A stretch of 64,000 bases of DNA from Eledone cirrhosa. Its lineage: Eukaryota. The stretch's first letter is position 1. Every line of letters starts with the position of its first letter. Both the position numbers and the translations under genes were made by a program. The stretch spans positions 131,564,001-131,628,000 of the forward strand of contig OZ024740.1 of the NCBI GenBank assembly GCA_964016885.1, given 5' to 3'. This document shows positions 60,271 through 64,000 of this stretch, piece after piece. The notes under the pieces were generated by a model. The model was not told the origin of the DNA. It saw only the letters and a program-made list of their open reading frames with translations, and ran no database searches.

Positions 60271-62300
60271 GGGACATCTTGAGCATGGGGCGCATAACCA
60301 TTGAGAGGATGACAGTCGACGACCCGACAACAGGATCACCAACAAGACCCGTATGCGGAGCTAATATAGCTTGCATCTACAGGATCTCCTACTTCCTCTC
60401 AATGGTTATGCGCCCCATAATGAAGATGTCCCCAGATGTATGTAACAGTACAGAGGACCTCCTCAGCAGAATCAGTGAGTGCATCAAAAACAGGAACCTT
60501 TCCAACTGCATAATATGCATCATGGATGTGGTATCACTGTACCCATTCATTAACATTGATTTTGCTGTGGACTAATGTGTGGAGATGATCATTGAGAGTG
60601 AGGTGGAGTTCTGCGACGTCAACACAGACGAACTGGGCCTCCTACTTAGACTTACCTACGACACTGACTACCTAGACAGCCATGACCTTAGAAGTGTCTG
60701 CCCTAGTAGACCCATAAGAGGTAGACCTCCCACCATAACCTCAATGGCAAACATGACTCCCATGGGAAGGTGGATTGGGTGGACCATAGCTATACGGACC
60801 CCCCAAAAAACAATGATCAGGTAAGAAAAATGGTCGCACATGCAATAGGGGCTAATATCAAAACTACCCTAAAGGGCCACATATTCAAGTTCAACGAGAA
60901 GATCTACACCCAAAATGAGGTAGCAGACTTTGGCGTCAGCATAGCAGGTGATGTTGCCAACCTTTTTATGGTATGGTGGGAAATAAGACTTAAAGATCTC
61001 CTTAGTGAGAGCTCCATAGACCTCATCATGTACTCTCGTTACGTAGACAATATCAATATAGTTATAAGTATATCAATATAGATATAAGAACACCCCCACT
61101 AGAGAGCACTAACAAGTTTGATTTAGAACGTAGCACAATGGAAAGCATCCAGCAGATAGCTAATTCCATACACCAGGTTATAACTGTAACTATCGACTAC
61201 CCTTCCAAACACCCTAACAATAGACTACCTGTATTAGACACATAACTCTGGATTAACACTATAGTCGAGAGAGCCCAAATTCTCCACTCACACTATGCTA
61301 AACCCATGGCCTCCAAATTCCTGATACTCAAAAACTCAGCAATGTCCAGTAGTCGTAATTTTAATATTCTAATCGCAGATTTGGTACGAGTGATGAAGAA
61401 TGTGTCCCGCATGTGCGACCCAACAGAAATGGAAAGACACACCCAACACTTCATCAACCGCATGCTGTTCTCTGGCTACAACCAAAGAGACAGTGTCAGA
61501 GTATACGAAGGAGCCATGGAGAAGTGTAAGACACTCATAGAACTGGAATGAAATGAATTTGCCCATTATACAGGAGCAAATCAAGGAATAGCTTAGATAG
61601 GGCAAGACATAAGATAGGGAAAGCCACCTCATGGTACGACAACCAGAGATACCACAGTGTCATGTTTGTGGACACTACCCCTGGAGGGAAATTAGCTAAC
61701 CAGTGTAGAAAGGCCCTGAAAAAGACCCACTTAAAGATTAAGGTGGTAGAAAAGCCAGGAACCACCATAAAATCCCTGATCAGCAAAACCTACCCTTTTA
61801 AGAAAATCCACTGTACTAATAGGAAATGTATCAAATGTATCATAAACCCCCGGATAAACTGTAAAACTAGAAACGTAGTCTATAGCATAAGATGTACAGA
61901 GGATACTTGCAGAAACATGACTACAACATACATAGGCGAGACAGATCGTAGCATAGGTGAAAGGATAGACCAACACTGGAAGGAACTAAAATGACGAAAG
62001 AACGGGCAGTACTATACGAACATGCCAGACAACAACACGACGGTAACATAGACAACATAGAAATTAGAATAATATCTAAACATAGAAATGACCCAGCAGA
62101 TAGGCAAATCAGAGAGGCCAGTGAAATAGAACTTAGAAGGCCAAGACTGGCAGTCAATGGCAACATTGAGGACCGAATAAATTAGATTACCGATATAAAA
62201 GACACAGAAGCGAAAAGCGAAAACCAACCCAATAGTGAGTGTGTTCTGTTATTAATTCTGCCAATATTACACAAATTTGACCCTCCCCAAGTATAACAAT
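60271..62300 (+). mobile_element. 5'-truncated Penelope-like element (RT + GIY-YIG), related to 28582-30963
   Basis: TRPVCGA, MDVVSLYPFI, FKFNEKIYTQ...GVSIAGDVANLFM, YSRYVDN, CTNRKCIKC...NCKTRNVVYSIRC, YIGETDRS; same terminus ACCCTCCC.AAGTATAACAAT-(AT)n. Confidence 0.92.
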
Positions 62301-62311
62301 ATATATATATA

Positions 62312-62460
<149 letters not shown>

Positions 62461-64000
62461 AGAGAGAGCGATAGTAAGATAGACATGTGTGTGTTTGTGT
62501 ATGTGTGTGCATTCATGTATATATATATATATATATATATATTATTCAAATTGTTAACAAATTAAAAATATTCGCATAATCAAATTATATACTTTATTAG
62601 ATATATTTCAAAGGTACTGTCATATATCAAATCATATATTGTGTCTAAGGAAAACGTACTGAAACAACACAGTACCTTTGAAATATATATAATAAAGTAA
62701 ATATTTTGATTATGCGAATATTTTTCATGCGTTAACATTTTGAATAATATTAAAAACACCCAGGAAAACTCTTTGTTGAATGCTTCTAATCTATTGTAAA
62801 ATTGTATATTCGTTGAATAATAAACGAACCATACTAATTTTTGATTATATATATATAGTATATATATGTTTATATGCATGCAAGGTGTATAATTGTATAT
62901 GATTTTTTATATTCATATAAATATATGTATGTACATATAGTATAGCAATTTAACCTGCTTTATTTGAAAATCCAATAATACAGTTTGTACGTCCTGTATT
63001 ATTCGAAATTATTCATTTCAATTATAAATTATTCTACTATATCCCACTCGTTTTATAATAATTTCCTCTTTATCTGTTTGCAAACATAATTCCTACCACT
63101 ACCGATTAAAATTACTAGAGAATCCATTGATACGTTCATTCTGGTTTAATATCAATAATCACAAATACATTCCTTTAGAAATACGCATGCAGACCAACGG
63201 AGACACATATGTACACACATTGACAAACACACACACACACACACATAAACACACACAAACACACATGCACATAGACAAATACACACACATATTTATATGC
63301 ACAAAAACACATATATATACATGTATATATATATGCAAAGTTTTATTTAAATTGTTGGGTTAACAACGAGTAAATATTTATAACTGATATAAAAGCACTC
63401 AACAAGTATTTGGAGTATATTTACGATATTAAATAAATGGAAACTATATTTATAAAACCATATTTATTTCATTATATATATTTCAGGGATATCATATTAA
63501 CAATATGTTATGCCTTCTTCAGACAAAATACAATATAAACAGTCTTATAAATAGATAGATTCGACATACCTTTCAACTTCGACTTCTATTTGAAAAGTTG
63601 ATTTGGTAGTGAAAAAATATTAGGGACAGTTACAAAAAGAAAGAAAGAAAAACGAAGAAAAGGAAAAATGCATGCAACTAAATAGAGAGAGATAGATAGA
63701 GAGAGATAGATAGAGAGATGAAATTCATGTAAAGAAACAGAGAGGGATATATAGAGAGAGGAAAAAACACAGAGGGAGATAGATAGAGAGAGAGAAGAGG
63801 AGAGAGAGAGAGAGAGAGAGAGAAAATATAGAGAGATAGATATAGATAGAGAAAGAGAGAAAGAAACTAGGTAGTTGGGCACCAGTTGAATGACGTATTA
63901 ATGATATATTTATTTATTTATTTATTTATTTAGCTCTAGTATTAATGTAGAGAGAGATATATGTGGTTAAGAGAGAAAACAGCCGTTACATAGAGAGAAA

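Overview
AT-rich, microsatellite-laden animal genomic DNA, most likely from an octopus or other cephalopod (inferred from the Nin-domain-like SINEs and repeat landscape). I cannot support any host protein-coding gene here; most listed ORFs are microsatellite translations or decayed retroelement frames. 0.4-21.6 kb is a pile-up of non-LTR retrotransposons in one (AAT)n tract: two full-length Tx1/L1-clade elements on the minus strand and five R4/Dong-type elements on the plus strand. 24-40 kb and 57-62 kb are (TA)n tracts holding Penelope-like elements (RT + GIY-YIG) and several unrelated non-coding elements that carry minimal type I hammerhead ribozyme motifs. The best candidate for an undescribed system is a ~525-nt non-coding unit in head-to-tail arrays with one hammerhead per monomer (9 copies; extended stem II, palindromic stem III, GUU cleavage triplet) and fold-back ends. 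It looks like a retrozyme-like, possibly circular-RNA-producing family mobilised by Penelope-like elements. The remainder is decayed RTE LINEs, SINEs, palindromes and simple repeats. All alignments and folds were read by eye, so boundaries are approximate.
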